Assembly: GCA_965262115.1 (NCBI GenBank) | Contig: OZ253496.1 | Coordinates: 1,184,001-1,248,000 of the forward strand | Direction of reading: 5' to 3' | Length of the DNA stretch: 64,000 nt | Source of the DNA: Nitrospinales bacterium | Lineage (GTDB): Bacteria > Nitrospinota > Nitrospinia > Nitrospinales > VA-1 | Notes under the pieces: model-generated | Seen by the model: only the letters and a program-made list of their open reading frames with translations | Told to the model about the DNA's origin: nothing | The model's database searches: none | Part shown: positions 18,704 through 29,044 of the stretch, in pieces | Layout of the letters: each line of letters opens with the position of its first letter | How positions within the stretch are numbered: the stretch's first letter is position 1 | Translations under genes and position numbers: made by a program

Positions 18704-19978
18704 ATGAAAAAGAATTTTTTAACTACAATCGCTCTCATGGTCACGGCGTTTTTTGTCGCGACCGAGATCGCACGGGCCGCTGACGTAACCTTTAGCGGTC
18801 AGCTTCGCACCCGCTATGAATTCGCGGAGCACAAGGGGACAGGGGCTTTCAATGACTCGCTTATTGGAGATGATTTGATCGCTACACGGATGCGCCTGAA
18901 CGCCAACGTCAGCATCAACGACAGCACCAGTGCTTTCATCCAGTTGCAAAGCGCGAGGACCTGGGGTGAAGGTAATGGTTCTTTTACCGCTAATGACACG
19001 GACAATAGCGTGGGGATTCATCAGGCGTATTTCACCCTGAAAAACTTCGCCACCCTGCCTGCGGATTTGAAGCTGGGCCGGCAACAAGTTGTTCTGGACG
19101 GTCACCGCCTGTTCGGCCACACCGGCTGGACCACCGGCGCGCAGACTCATGACGCCATTCGTTTGACCCATAAGGGCGGCAACCATACCTTGAGCTATGT
19201 TTATATGCTCGCCAAAGAAGGTAGTCTCTCATCTGACGATCATGACGTGCATTTGTTGCACGCCAATTTCCAGGGCATTCTGGGCGGGGGCCTCTCCCTT
19301 TACCTGGTAGGCACCCAGGATGAACGCACGGCGGACAATGACATTTACACCGTTGGTTTTCGCCAGGCGGGCCAGATCTTCGGCATCGACTACCGCGGCG
19401 AGTACTACCACCAATGGGGTGACGCGAATGCTGACGCGAATTTTACGCCTACAGGGGATGTCGACCGTGACGCGTACATGTTCGGCGTGCGCATTGGCAA
19501 AAAGTTCAGCAATGTCGCGATGAAACCGAGCCTGACCATCTGGTACGACCAGCTTTCCGGTACCGATGCGAGTGACGCAACCAACAACGAATGGGGAACC
19601 TTCAACACCCTGTTCGACACAGGCCACAAATTCTACGGTCACATGGACCTGTTCCTGAGTCCCGTCAATCACGGAACCAAAGGTCTGGGTCTGACCGACT
19701 TCGCAATCAAGGGTTCTCTTCAGCCCATGCCGGGCTGGACGTTTAAAGCCGCTTACCACTGGTTCGGTACGGAAGTTGACCCAGCAAGCAACGTGAGCAT
19801 GGACAATGATCTGGGTACGGAGCTGGATCTCGCCCTCGCCCACAAATACAACGCCAATACCGTGATTACCGCCGGTTACTCTTTCTTCGACGCGGATGAT
19901 TTGTTCCATACGGTGAATACCGCAGGTCCGGATGATAGTGCCGATTGGGTGTATGTTCAGCTTGACGTGAAGTTCTAG
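18704..19978 (+). CDS. Alginate-export-family outer-membrane porin
   Basis: GGAGGAG RBS, signal peptide, 'GQLRTRYE', 'HQAYF', 'LGRQ....DGHRLFG', 'DLGTELD', terminal Phe (VKF). Confidence 0.9.
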   Translation: MKKNFLTTIALMVTAFFVATEIARAADVTFSGQLRTRYEFAEHKGTGAFNDSLIGDDLIATRMRLNANVSINDSTSAFIQLQSARTWGEGNGSFTANDTDNSVGIHQAYFTLKNFATLPADLKLGRQQVVLDGHRLFGHTGWTTGAQTHDAIRLTHKGGNHTLSYVYMLAKEGSLSSDDHDVHLLHANFQGILGGGLSLYLVGTQDERTADNDIYTVGFRQAGQIFGIDYRGEYYHQWGDANADANFTPTGDVDRDAYMFGVRIGKKFSNVAMKPSLTIWYDQLSGTDASDATNNEWGTFNTLFDTGHKFYGHMDLFLSPVNHGTKGLGLTDFAIKGSLQPMPGWTFKAAYHWFGTEVDPASNVSMDNDLGTELDLALAHKYNANTVITAGYSFFDADDLFHTVNTAGPDDSADWVYVQLDVKF

Positions 19979-19999
19979 GTTTGTTGTTTGTCTCTTCAC

Positions 20000-20028
20000 C
20001 CCCCGGCCTTCGGGCCGGGGGTTTTTTT
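20000..20028 (+). terminator. Rho-independent terminator
   Basis: CCCCCGGCC-TTCG-GGCCGGGGG-TTTTTTT just after porin stop. Confidence 0.92.
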
Positions 20029-20403
20029 GCCTCAATATTGTGCAATCCCCTTTTATACCAACCTCAATTAAACCATGCATAGCTCGTCATCGCGAGCTGC
20101 GGCGCGGTCCAGGGGTTGATTTAGTAATACTTCCTCTCCCTTCATAGGGTTTGATTTCCGCCTACAGCCTTCTCCAGATCTTTTCCCCTAAACCCGGAGA
20201 ACCGGTGAAGAAAGCCAACCCTCCCTCAGTCCCTCCCTATGAAGGGAGGGATATTAATATTTTTTTCCTCTTTGGCCATTATCCCCATGAGGTAAATGCT
20301 GGCGGACTACAGTCCCCTACCAACCGCTGCAGGGGCGAAACCCTGTTTTCTCCCTTTGTGTCGTGAAAAACTATGCTAAACTCATTTTATTGGAGGACGG
20401 TAT

Positions 20404-20634
20404 ATGACCACAATGATTGCTGAAGTCTACGATGCATTTCGTTCTGCTGGAGCGGATGAGGATAAAGCAAGGGCGGCGGCACAGGCGATAGCGGATTACC
20501 AGCGCAATATTTCCGAATTAAAGACGGAATTAAAGCAGGATATCTCCGAATTAAAAACCGCGATGTCCGAATTAAGAGTGGAAAATATTTTCCTGATCTC
20601 CCCGCCTCAGACCCATCCGGTTGAAGCCTCATGA
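20404..20634 (+). pseudogene. Short coiled-coil protein (DUF1640/CCDC90-like), apparently truncated
   Basis: GGAGG RBS, 'EVYDAFRSAGADEDKARAAA', heptad repeats ISELK/ISELK/MSELR encoded by repeated TCCGAATTAA; lacks the usual C-terminal TM helix. Confidence 0.55.
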
Positions 20635-21668
20635 AGCTCAAATATCTTTTATTATTTTTGTCGTTCCTCCTCCCGGCATCCGTGCTGACTGCGGAAGAAA
20701 GTCAGGAGCCTTTTACCCTGAATGGCAAACCCGTTCCCGATGTAGTCGCCAAAGTCAATGGCGTGCCTTTACTTTCTCAGGTCCTCGAACGCGACCTGTT
20801 TGCCTTTCGCTCTCGCGCCAAATCAATGGGACAGGAAGTGAGACCGACTGACGAAATCACCATCGCCCACGAACTGGTCAAAGCGGCGGCAGGGCAGGAA
20901 CTGGTTGTGCAAAAGGCAAAGTCTCTCGGCATCAGCATCGACGAGGAACAGATCAACCGCCAACTCAAAAATGTTGAGGACCAGTTTCCCAGCCATGCAG
21001 GATTCCTCACCGCCCTGGCGTTTCAGCATATGAGCATTGAAGCTTTAAAAGAAAAGATATACCGGACCTTGCTGGAGGACGAAGTGATGCGCCGGGAAAT
21101 TGCCCCGAAGGTCGAGGTCAGCGATGAAAATGTCGAGAAATATTATAACGATAACAAAGCCCGGTTCACCAAACCACTCTTGTATCGGACCAGTCATATT
21201 CATATAGCGACCATCAAACCTTCAGGAGGTGCCGATGATGAAACCAGCCGGAAAAAAGCAGAACACCTCACTAAAATGATCAATGAAGAAGCTGAGGAAA
21301 AGATCAATTCCATCCTCAAGAGAGTGAAAGCCGGAGAGGATTTTTCGGACCTGGCAAAACATTTTTCAGAAGATGACGCTTCGAAAGAAAAGGGCGGACA
21401 ACTGGGGGGCCTTCACCCGGACAGTACGCTTCCCGAAATCGGCGAGGCAATGGTCAAGCTTAAAGAAGGAGGCACAAGCGGCATCATCAAAAGCCAGTTT
21501 GGCTTTCATATTCTCAAGCTGGACGAAATTATTCCCAGCCAGTTGATCCCGTTTTCAGAAACTAAAACGGATATCATGAACCTTCTGCTGAAAATGAAAA
21601 CCCGGCAACTCTTCAAAACATATTTGGCCGATCTGGAGAAAAAAGCTGAAATTCAGATTTTGTTTTAG
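20631..21668 (+). CDS. SurA/PpiC-type parvulin peptidyl-prolyl isomerase
   Basis: Signal peptide, 'VAKVNG', 'SHI', 'FSDLAKHFSED..SKEKGG.LG', 'SQFGFHILK'. Confidence 0.92.
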   Translation: MKLKYLLLFLSFLLPASVLTAEESQEPFTLNGKPVPDVVAKVNGVPLLSQVLERDLFAFRSRAKSMGQEVRPTDEITIAHELVKAAAGQELVVQKAKSLGISIDEEQINRQLKNVEDQFPSHAGFLTALAFQHMSIEALKEKIYRTLLEDEVMRREIAPKVEVSDENVEKYYNDNKARFTKPLLYRTSHIHIATIKPSGGADDETSRKKAEHLTKMINEEAEEKINSILKRVKAGEDFSDLAKHFSEDDASKEKGGQLGGLHPDSTLPEIGEAMVKLKEGGTSGIIKSQFGFHILKLDEIIPSQLIPFSETKTDIMNLLLKMKTRQLFKTYLADLEKKAEIQILF

Positions 21669-21680
21669 AGGCAACAAAGG

Positions 21681-21795
21681 CAACCCCCTGCACCCCCCTG
21701 CACCCCCCTTATCAGGGGGAATTTTAATAGACCCCTCTTTATTACAAAGTACCCGTACCGGGCATGAAGTTTATGGAAGGTAATATCACAAGGGC
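21681..21795. repeat. CCCCCTT..AGGGGG palindromic element with nested module A
   Basis: Inverted homolog of 46530-46690 (ACAAAGTACCCGTACCGGGCATGAA...ATATCACAAGGGCTGGGG). Confidence 0.75.
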
Positions 21796-21820
21796 TGGGG
21801 CGATTCACATTTAATTCTCC

Positions 21821-22813
21821 ATGAATGATATGACCACTCTGGTTACAGGAGCCACCGGGTTTCTGGGTTCTGCACTCGCCCGCGAATTGTTGAAGGACGG
21901 GCGAACCCTTAAACTCCTGGTTCGCAAAAACACCGACACGCGCAATATCGACACCCTCGATTGCGAGGTGGCGCATGGAGACCTCAGGGATCGGGATTCT
22001 TTAAAGTCTGCTCTGGCCGGATGCAAAACCCTCTACCATGCGGCAGCCTACTACAGCCTTTGGAGCCAGGACAAAAAACTGATCTATGACATCAATGTCC
22101 GGGGAACCCGGAACATTCTCGAATCGGCTCTTGAAATGGGAGTCGAAAAAGTCGTCTACACCAGCACTGTCGGCTGCATTGGTCTTTCCGGGGATGGAAG
22201 GCCCGCCAACGAAGACCAGCCCATGAACACCGCAACCCTATGCAATGACTATAAATTGTCAAAGTATCAAGCGGAGCAGGTGGCTCATGAATTGTTTGGC
22301 CAGGGGCTTCCAATAGTCATTGTTAACCCAAGCACGCCAGTTGGACCCCGGGATATCAAACCCACGCCTACAGGAAAAATAATTCTTGATTTTATGAACC
22401 GCAAGATGCCGGCCTATATCGATACCGGACTCAACCTGATCGACGTTGCCGATTGCGCCCGTGGGCACATTCTGGCGGAAGAGAAAGGCCGACCCGGTGA
22501 ACGCTATATCCTCGGCAACAAAAACATGTCCCTGAAAGAAATTCTTATAGCCCTGGAAACTTTGACCGGACTCAAAGCGCCGAGCATAAAAATGCCCTAC
22601 TGGGCCGCCTACTCCGCTGGACTGGCTTGTGAATGGATGTCCGACTTTATCACCCGCCAACCGCCTGCGGTTCCTCTTGCCGGGGTGAAAATGGCAAAAT
22701 ATTTCATGTATTTCGATGCCTCAAAAGCGGTCCGCGAACTGGGCCTGCCGCAAAATCCGGTCGAAAACGCCCTGGAGCAGGCGGTGCGCTGGTTTAAGGA
22801 GAACCCTGGCTGA
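21821..22813 (+). CDS. hpnA: Hopanoid-associated NAD-dependent sugar epimerase/dihydroflavonol-reductase-like protein
   Basis: GATGFLG, YKLSK, 'VNPSTPVGPRDIKPTPTG', 'MPAYIDTGLN'. Confidence 0.88.
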   Translation: MNDMTTLVTGATGFLGSALARELLKDGRTLKLLVRKNTDTRNIDTLDCEVAHGDLRDRDSLKSALAGCKTLYHAAAYYSLWSQDKKLIYDINVRGTRNILESALEMGVEKVVYTSTVGCIGLSGDGRPANEDQPMNTATLCNDYKLSKYQAEQVAHELFGQGLPIVIVNPSTPVGPRDIKPTPTGKIILDFMNRKMPAYIDTGLNLIDVADCARGHILAEEKGRPGERYILGNKNMSLKEILIALETLTGLKAPSIKMPYWAAYSAGLACEWMSDFITRQPPAVPLAGVKMAKYFMYFDASKAVRELGLPQNPVENALEQAVRWFKENPG

Positions 22814-22817
22814 GCCT

Positions 22818-23627
22818 ATGGAAACACTTTCTCTTTTATGGGGCACGGTTATCCTGAGGCCCTACGTCTTCGTTTTCCTCACGTTTTACCTCACCATTGC
22901 CATCCTCAATATGGGTGTGCTCCGGTCTCTTTGTTTTACGGTATTGGCCTATCTGGTGGCTTTTCTCTCAGAATACTCCTCGACCCGAAACGGGTTTCCA
23001 TTTGGACATTACACCTATATTGAAACCACTCGCGATCAGGAATTGTGGATCAGCAACGTGCCGTTCATGGATTCGCTTTCGTTCTCGTTTCTGATTTATG
23101 TCAGTTACAGCGTGAGCCTTCTGCTCTGGGCCCCTCTTGTAAAAAAGGGGTGGAATATCCATCTGGGAGATATAGAGCCTCTCAAACATTCCGTCCGGGT
23201 CATTGCCTCGGCCGCCATCCTGTGCATGCTGATGGATGTTATTATTGATCCGGCCGCCTTTTTAGGAGATCGCTGGTTTCTTGGGAAAATATATTTTTAT
23301 CGGGAAGAAGGCGAATATTTCCACATTCCTCTGACTAATTTCGTGGGCTGGTTTTTTGTGGCAGGTGTAGCGCTGTCGTGTTTTGCCATCCTGAACCGCT
23401 GGCTGGATGCAAAAATTCCTTTCCATCCACAACACCAGCTCCCGGCTCAGGCTTTACTGGGTCCCGGGTTATATTTTGGTGTGCTGATTTTTAATTTGGG
23501 TGTGACGTTTTATATTGGGGAAGTATTATTAGGTTGTCTGGGAACCTTGATCAGCCTGGGAATCTTTTCTTTAGTCCTGTTCAGGGTCAAACGGGCACCA
23601 GCCCGGGCAACGCCCGGTGGTAACTAA
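22818..23627 (+). CDS. Carotenoid-biosynthesis-family (DUF422/CruF-like) membrane protein
   Basis: 'SEYSSTRNGFPFGHYTY', 'MDVIIDP', 'YFHIPLTNFVGW'; ATG at 22818 just after hpnA stop. Confidence 0.8.
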   Translation: METLSLLWGTVILRPYVFVFLTFYLTIAILNMGVLRSLCFTVLAYLVAFLSEYSSTRNGFPFGHYTYIETTRDQELWISNVPFMDSLSFSFLIYVSYSVSLLLWAPLVKKGWNIHLGDIEPLKHSVRVIASAAILCMLMDVIIDPAAFLGDRWFLGKIYFYREEGEYFHIPLTNFVGWFFVAGVALSCFAILNRWLDAKIPFHPQHQLPAQALLGPGLYFGVLIFNLGVTFYIGEVLLGCLGTLISLGIFSLVLFRVKRAPARATPGGN

Positions 23628-23639
23628 TAAGATCCCGTC

Positions 23640-23745
23640 AAGCCGAGACAACCCTTTATCATCCAATAAAAGCTCATTGTCCCTCCGTGGCATGAAAGCT
23701 AATGAGGGGATATCACAGCCCCACGCCGAGTGGTCACGCTGGTGC
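23640..23745. repeat. Composite intergenic repeat (module B plus module A)
   Basis: GCCGAGACAACCCTTT...CATTG then GGCATGAAAGCTAATGAGGGGATATCACAGCC (reverse-complement match to about 1336-1367). Confidence 0.7.
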
Positions 23746-23750
23746 CTGGT

Positions 23751-23948
23751 CTACATGGTTTTTGATCCTATATAAATTCCATAAGCAATGGCGGCGCCCA
23801 CCAGGCCCATCAGAAGGTTGTCGAGGGCCACCGCTTCCCAGTCTGGCTGGCGTCCCCAGTTCATCCAGGGAACGATAAGAATGAACATGGAAAAAAAGCC
23901 AACGAGCAGGATACCGGCAAGGATGAGTGCCAGTTTTTTCTCGTCCAT
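23751..23948 (-). CDS. Small two-TM membrane protein (65 aa)
   Basis: Two hydrophobic helices; paralogous to neighbour. Confidence 0.65.
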   Translation of the reverse strand: MDEKKLALILAGILLVGFFSMFILIVPWMNWGRQPDWEAVALDNLLMGLVGAAIAYGIYIGSKTM

Positions 23949-23966
23949 AAAAGGAATCCTGTTTAT

Positions 23967-24164
23967 TCAGTGCATTCTGGTATTCATGTAAAACCCATAG
24001 ACGAAAAGACCAATAGCGATCATCACTATCCCGCTATCCAGGAGTGAGTCCTTCCAGTTCGGCAGGGCGTAGTTGAGTAACCATGGCACGGCGATGAAAA
24101 GCACCGAAGCGAAACCGATCCCCAGCAGGCTGAAAATAAAAATAATAAGCACTTTATCGTTCAT
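23967..24164 (-). CDS. Small two-TM membrane protein (65 aa)
   Basis: Same length and VPW...P.W....LD...YG.Y pattern as neighbour. Confidence 0.65.
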   Translation of the reverse strand: MNDKVLIIFIFSLLGIGFASVLFIAVPWLLNYALPNWKDSLLDSGIVMIAIGLFVYGFYMNTRMH

Positions 24165-24177
24165 ATAGAAAACCCCT

Positions 24178-24236
24178 TCGTGCCCCGCAGGGGTAATCTC
24201 GCTTTTTTGTTTTTTTTAGACTTACGCAAAGCTCTC
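24178..24236 (-). mobile_element. MITE end fragment
   Basis: TCGTGCCCCGCAGGGGT plus GACTTACGCAAAGCTCTC (reverse complement resembles GAGACCTTTGCATAAGTC). Confidence 0.55.
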
Positions 24237-24341
24237 CTTCTCCGAGGGAAGTTCATTTTACTAAACAACGTGCAATGACTTTTTAAGTCGGGCGAACTGT
24301 TACCTGCGGGTTTGCCCAAAAGTTAGTTGAAATTAGAACAT

Positions 24342-24676
24342 GACCTCATGTAAGTTTGAGTGGTTTTTAGCGATAAAAGCCCAAACCAACCCAGGGAGGC
24401 CATGTTATGAAGAAGGTACTCAAAAAAGGCAAAAGAGGCAATAAGAAAGAGAGATCGGCGGCTTATGAGGAGATGTTGAACCAGGGTAACACCTCAAGTC
24501 GCATAGAGTGGGTCCAGATGTTGATTCCCCTGGGTCTTCAAGCCATGCAGTCGGATCAGAAGGTGTCGATAGCGGTTCCCCGTGTCCGGGATGTTTTGCA
24601 CGGCAAAGAGGTTCCTCTTTCTTCCTGTCAAGGTTTTCGAATTCCAATTATCGAGGATGCATTGCCTGATCGATGA
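24342..24676 (+). mobile_element. IS256-family transposase remnant
   Basis: 'LIPLGLQAM...QKVSIAVPRVRD....EVPL' resembles the IS256 N-terminal region; internally deleted. Confidence 0.6.
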
Positions 24677-24978
24677 CCAACAATACCTACAAAAATAAAA
24701 ACATTTTGATAACGGGTGGTTTGGGTTTCATTGGAAGCAGCCTGGCCATTCGGTTGGCTGAAATTGGGGCTCAAGTGACCTTGGCTGATACCATGATCCC
24801 TGGTTATGGCGGCAACCTGTTTAATATTGAGTCGATCAGCGACCGCATTACGGTAAACTACTCAAATATTACGGACGTTACTTCTATGAACTGCCTAGTT
24901 CTTGACAAGGACTATATTTTCCATTGCGCAGGCCAGGTATGCCACGTCATGAGCCTGAGTAATCCCTTCATGGAATGA
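24673..24978 (+). pseudogene. NAD-dependent epimerase/dehydratase, 5' fragment
   Basis: 'ILITGGLGFIGS', 'IFHCAGQ'; ends abruptly at junction with DegT fragment. Confidence 0.85.
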
Positions 24979-25336
24979 ACGGCGTCGAAATCTTGCGGCG
25001 ATTTATGACTCACGATTATCGGATGTTTGCAATGTTCCATTTGAGAAGGCTGGTAATCGTCACGCATATCACCTTTATGTCATTAGAACCAGAAATCGGG
25101 AAAACCTGCAGGAGTTTTTGAAACAAAATGAAATAGAGACGCTAATACATTACCCCTTACCGATATACTCGCAGGAAGCATATAAGGATATAAATCACCG
25201 GCCTGAAGATTTTCCGCAAACAGAAAAGTTTGCAAAAGAGATTGTCAGTCTTCCTTTGCACCCGCAAATGACAAAAAGTGATGTCGAATATGTTTGCGAT
25301 AAAATCATAGAGCACTCAAATACGAGATCATTCTAG
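24971..25336 (+). pseudogene. DegT/DnrJ/EryC1/StrS aminotransferase, 3' fragment
   Basis: Frame from 24971 reads WNERRRNLAAIY...HAYHLYVIR...IHYPLP...SLPLHP; no 5' half. Confidence 0.85.
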
Positions 25337-25337
25337 A

Positions 25338-26300
25338 TTGCCAATATTAATATTAAAGACATCGGGTACGAATTATTTTGAAAAAAGTAAGCTTTCAGTT
25401 GTCATTCCGGTTTATTACAACAGCGAAACTTTGGAGATGTTGCATTCCCAACTGGCCAGGGTGAATGAGGCCCACCCTGATATGGACATGGAGATTGTGT
25501 TTGTGGACGATGGCTCAGGAGACAACTCCTATGAAGTCATTCTAAAAATTGCAGCACAAAACCAAAACGTCATCGCTGTAAGGCTTTCCATAAATTTTGG
25601 TTCCTTTGTTGCTTGTCTGGCTGGTTTGACAAAAGCAACCGGCGATTCTGCGGTTATTATTTCGGCAGACCTCCAGGACCCTCCCGCCCTCATTTCCGAA
25701 ATGTTTCTAAAATGGAAGGAAGGTAGCGAGGTTGTGATGGCGGTTCGCTCCCGACGTGAAGACAATTTTATAAAAGTTTTCTTTGCAAACATGTATTATC
25801 GAATATTTCGCCTGCTAATCACCAAGGACATGCCTGAAATGGGTTTTGATTTCGTATTGATAGATCGAAAGATCGTAGAAGTGCTGATCAATATGCAGAA
25901 GAAAAATACTACCCTGATGGGCCTTATCCTTTGGACAGGGTTTCGCAGAACAGAAATTCCTTATACTCGTGCGGACCGCAAATTTGGAAAGTCCAGGTGG
26001 ACCATGGCTAAAAAGATCGACTATTTTTTAGACTCAATCATGGCCTTTTCAAAATTTCCAATCAGAGTTTTTTCCCTAATGGGTTTATTCCTGTTTTTTA
26101 TGAGCTTGTTGGGTACAATTTATGTAGTAGTTGCCAAAATATTAGGGGGGGGTGACTATGGCAGGGTAGTCCTCTCTCATGGCAATGATGCTCATGTTAT
26201 TTGGAATTGTTTTTTTTTGCTCTTGGCATGATCGGAGAATATATATGGAGAAATCTGGAAGAATCTCGGCAACGGCCACTATTCATCATCGAATCCGAAT
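25338..26300 (+). pseudogene. GT2 polyprenol-phosphate glycosyltransferase (GtrB-like) with 3' lesions
   Basis: 'VDDGSGD', 'NFGS', 'ADLQDPP'; conserved tail 'LGMIGEYIWRNLEESRQRPLFII' is out of frame after a G8 run (26145-26152), a TAG in 'AG*SSL' and a T9 run. Confidence 0.8.
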
Positions 26301-26492
26301 ACCAGCATCCAGCACCTTCTGAGCAGGGAAAATAATAAAAAGGGCAAGATAACTTGACGAATCGCCCAACCCCTTTGGGTCAGCTCGGTCAAAATGAAGG
26401 AATTGCTGGAAGCTCACGCTATAGTTAAACCCTAGAATGACGAGTATTATCAGGAATGTTTTGGCAGTTTTGGTATTCATTCCCTGCTTCTC

Positions 26493-27497
26493 TTATCCTT
26501 GAAAAGCTTCCTGGGCCTCATTATAGAACTGTTCCCGGCAGCCATTATGCCGGGATGAAAAATGAAAAACTTGAAGTTGTTTAACGCCCGCCTCCCGGGC
26601 CAGGGTTCCCGCTTGACGGGATGTGAGATGACAACGCGCCTGCCCCCGTTCTTCTTCATCGGCCAGAAAGGGGGATTCACAGAAAAAGATATCAGCGGAT
26701 TTTACTAATTCTACAATCTTCTTGCTATTGCAATCGTTAAAAACCGTGTCCACCACATAACCAATTTTTTGTCCCGGAAAAACCTCTACCAGATCTCTCT
26801 TGAGCTGACCCCAGGGGATGTCTTCTGTACGGGAGCCATCAGGCTCCTTAAAAGGTACCGTTATGAGTGCGGATTCCGGATCATCCCTCAATACGCTTTG
26901 CTTCAATTCATTCAACCAGGGCCCGGGCTCGGCCTTCATGGACTCCAACTTGTCTTTGTCAATATTGACGTGCGGTTTTTCTTCCAGCGCAAACCCCAAA
27001 CAGGGTACTCGATGCTCCAGTATCGCCGCACGCGCAGAGAAAGCAGAATCATCCACGATCAACCCATCTACAAAAGGCTCTTTCCTTTCATCACAGAGTT
27101 GAAACCGTTCGATCGCCCGGAAGGTGGCTTTCAGCAAACCGCTCTCTTGCACTTCAACCACTTCGATGGTGAGCGATTCGGAATACTGTTCAACCAGGTT
27201 CCAGGTGAACCCGGCCAGCTTGCCTTTCACGTTTTGAATAATATTTTTCGGGCCGAAAATGGTCAGCGTTTTTTCGTGGCCAAAAAGCGTTCTCAACAAT
27301 TGGTCAAAACCGATGAAATGGTCAATATGGGTATGGCTGACAAAAACATGGGAAACCTTGAGAAGAGTTCTATTCGACACAGCCGACAAATCTCCTAGGT
27401 CAAACAACAGCGCACGCTTTTGCAGAAGAAAATGTACCAGCAGTCCGGGGTCGCCGAACGGATCATTGATCAAGGCCGGTTGGATTGCCGATTTCAT
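26493..27497 (-). CDS. Ribonuclease Z-like metallo-beta-lactamase-fold hydrolase
   Basis: 'LLFDLGD', 'SHTHIDHFIG', 'H..PCLGF', 'YVVDT', 'HLT..QAG', 'FHFSSR'. Confidence 0.85.
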   Translation of the reverse strand: MKSAIQPALINDPFGDPGLLVHFLLQKRALLFDLGDLSAVSNRTLLKVSHVFVSHTHIDHFIGFDQLLRTLFGHEKTLTIFGPKNIIQNVKGKLAGFTWNLVEQYSESLTIEVVEVQESGLLKATFRAIERFQLCDERKEPFVDGLIVDDSAFSARAAILEHRVPCLGFALEEKPHVNIDKDKLESMKAEPGPWLNELKQSVLRDDPESALITVPFKEPDGSRTEDIPWGQLKRDLVEVFPGQKIGYVVDTVFNDCNSKKIVELVKSADIFFCESPFLADEEERGQARCHLTSRQAGTLAREAGVKQLQVFHFSSRHNGCREQFYNEAQEAFQG

Positions 27498-28613
27498 TCC
27501 TTTCCTGCCTCCTCACCGGTTTTATCGAAACGCAAAAAAGCATTTATAAACGGTTGCAGATCGCCATCCAGCACCGCATCCACATTGCCTGCTTCCACAC
27601 TCGTCCTCAGGTCTTTGACCAGTTGGTAAGGGTGCAGGACGTAAGAGCGAATCTGACTGCCCCACTCAATCTTCTTTTTTTGTTTCTCCATTTCCTTTTT
27701 TTCTTCACCCAGTTTTTCCTGTTCCACCTCATAAAGGCGGGCTTTCAGAACCTTGAGGGCCGATGCCTTGTTTTTATGTTGCGACCGTTCATTTTGGCAT
27801 TGCACCACAATACCTGTCGGCACATGCGTCAGTCTCACCGCCGAATCCGTGGTGTTCACCCCCTGTCCGCCTGGTCCTGAGGCGCGATAGACATCTATCT
27901 TCAAATCTTCTTCCTTGATTTCAACTTCAATCGAATCATCAATTTCAGGGTAAACAAAAACCGACGCGAACGAGGTGTGGCGTCTTTTATTGGAATCGTA
28001 GGGAGAAATGCGCACCAGACGGTGAACTCCAATTTCCGCTCTTAAATATCCGAAAGCATAATCGCCGGAAAATAAAACCGTCGCGCTTTTTATACCCGCC
28101 TCTTCCCCATACTGGGTATCGAGGACTTCCGTCTTATAACCATTGCGGTCTCCCCAGCGCAGGTACATTCGCAACAACATTTCCGCCCAGTCCTGGGACT
28201 CCGTGCCGCCGGCCCCGGAATTGATAGCCACGAAAGCGTTGTTAAAATCAGTTTTACCCGAAAGCATCGCCTTCAATTCTGCCTGTGCCGCCTGTTCGCC
28301 CAGCCGGGTTAAAGCAGACCGGATATCCTCATCCATGGAAGAGTCTTCCTCTTCGGCAGAAAGCTCCAGCATAGCGCCCAGGTCTTCTCTCTCTTTTTCC
28401 AGGTTTTTCCAGATTTCTATCGAACGTTGCAGGTTGAATCTTTTTTGCAGAACTTTTTGAGCAGATTCGTTATCATCCCAGAATCCGGAGCGGACAGTTT
28501 CCGCATCCAGAGACTCAACAGACTTCATATTCTGGTCGACGTCAAAGTAACCTCCGGAGAAGTCCAACCCTGTCCTCTATACCCTTGAAAGCTTTTGCGA
28601 AATCTTCTTGCAT
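27494..28613 (-). CDS. prfB: Peptide chain release factor 2 (programmed +1 frameshift)
   Basis: ATG at 28613 (MQEDFAKAFKGIEDRVGLLRRLL), slippery CTT-TGA-C at 28547-28541 with upstream GGAGG; GGQ and SPY motifs, 'WGSQIRSYV'. Confidence 0.96.
28541..28556 (-). promoter_or_regulatory. RF2 autoregulatory frameshift site
   Basis: CGGAGG-TTA-CTTTGAC on minus strand. Confidence 0.93.
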
Positions 28614-28827
28614 CTGAATCTCCCTATTCATTGACGTTGCAGGTATTTTCCTCAATCTCACGCCGAAAAGCAAGCTGGCCTGACAATCGGAATTGAAAGG
28701 TTGATCCCCAAGGACCGGTTCTTTATACTCAGGAAGCCCCGGTTCTATCAGGGCTATGGCTCCAACCCGGCTAAAGAAGCCTTGAAAATCAGCCGATCAA
28801 TAATAGACCCCCTTGTATGTTGTTCAT

Positions 28828-29044
28828 AAGGGGAATTTGTAGTAGTTGTACCTGTGAGCCCTGTGGGAAGCCGGTTTTGTGTTTTCCACAAGGCTCACAG
28901 GGTTTGATTCAGGGCACAATAGATCGTTTACCCCTTGGGCTTTTAAGCCCGTCCCGAAGCGCAGATTGTTGTGTCCTATTTTGATTAACCCGAACAGTTG
29001 CCTGGGCCACTGAGCCCGCATCGGCAAGGCTGGGAGACCAAATT
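28828..29044 (+). ncRNA. Putative IS110 bridge RNA
   Basis: 5' hairpin 28851-28901; target loop 28911-28977 with TTTACCCCT and CCCGAAG; donor loop with ACAGTTGC (28994-29001) and CAAG (29025-29028) matching the element's circle junction. Ends approximate. Confidence 0.8.

Noticed and set aside
19229..20080. 283-aa minus-strand ORF
   Set aside because: Antisense to the codon-biased porin gene.
20404..20634. Prophage marker
   Set aside because: Isolated coiled-coil fragment with no phage structural, integrase or replication genes nearby.
26145..26152. G8 tract as a phase-variation switch
   Set aside because: A downstream nonsense codon and T9 slip mean that changing the G run alone would not restore the gene.
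28714..28760. Alternative IS110 left end at CT-TTATACT (28721), with CCGGTTCT repeated at 28739
   Set aside because: Gives a 16-nt spacer promoter and a worse match to the donor guide CAAG; the CT at 28812 gives a 17-nt spacer and matches CAAG fully.
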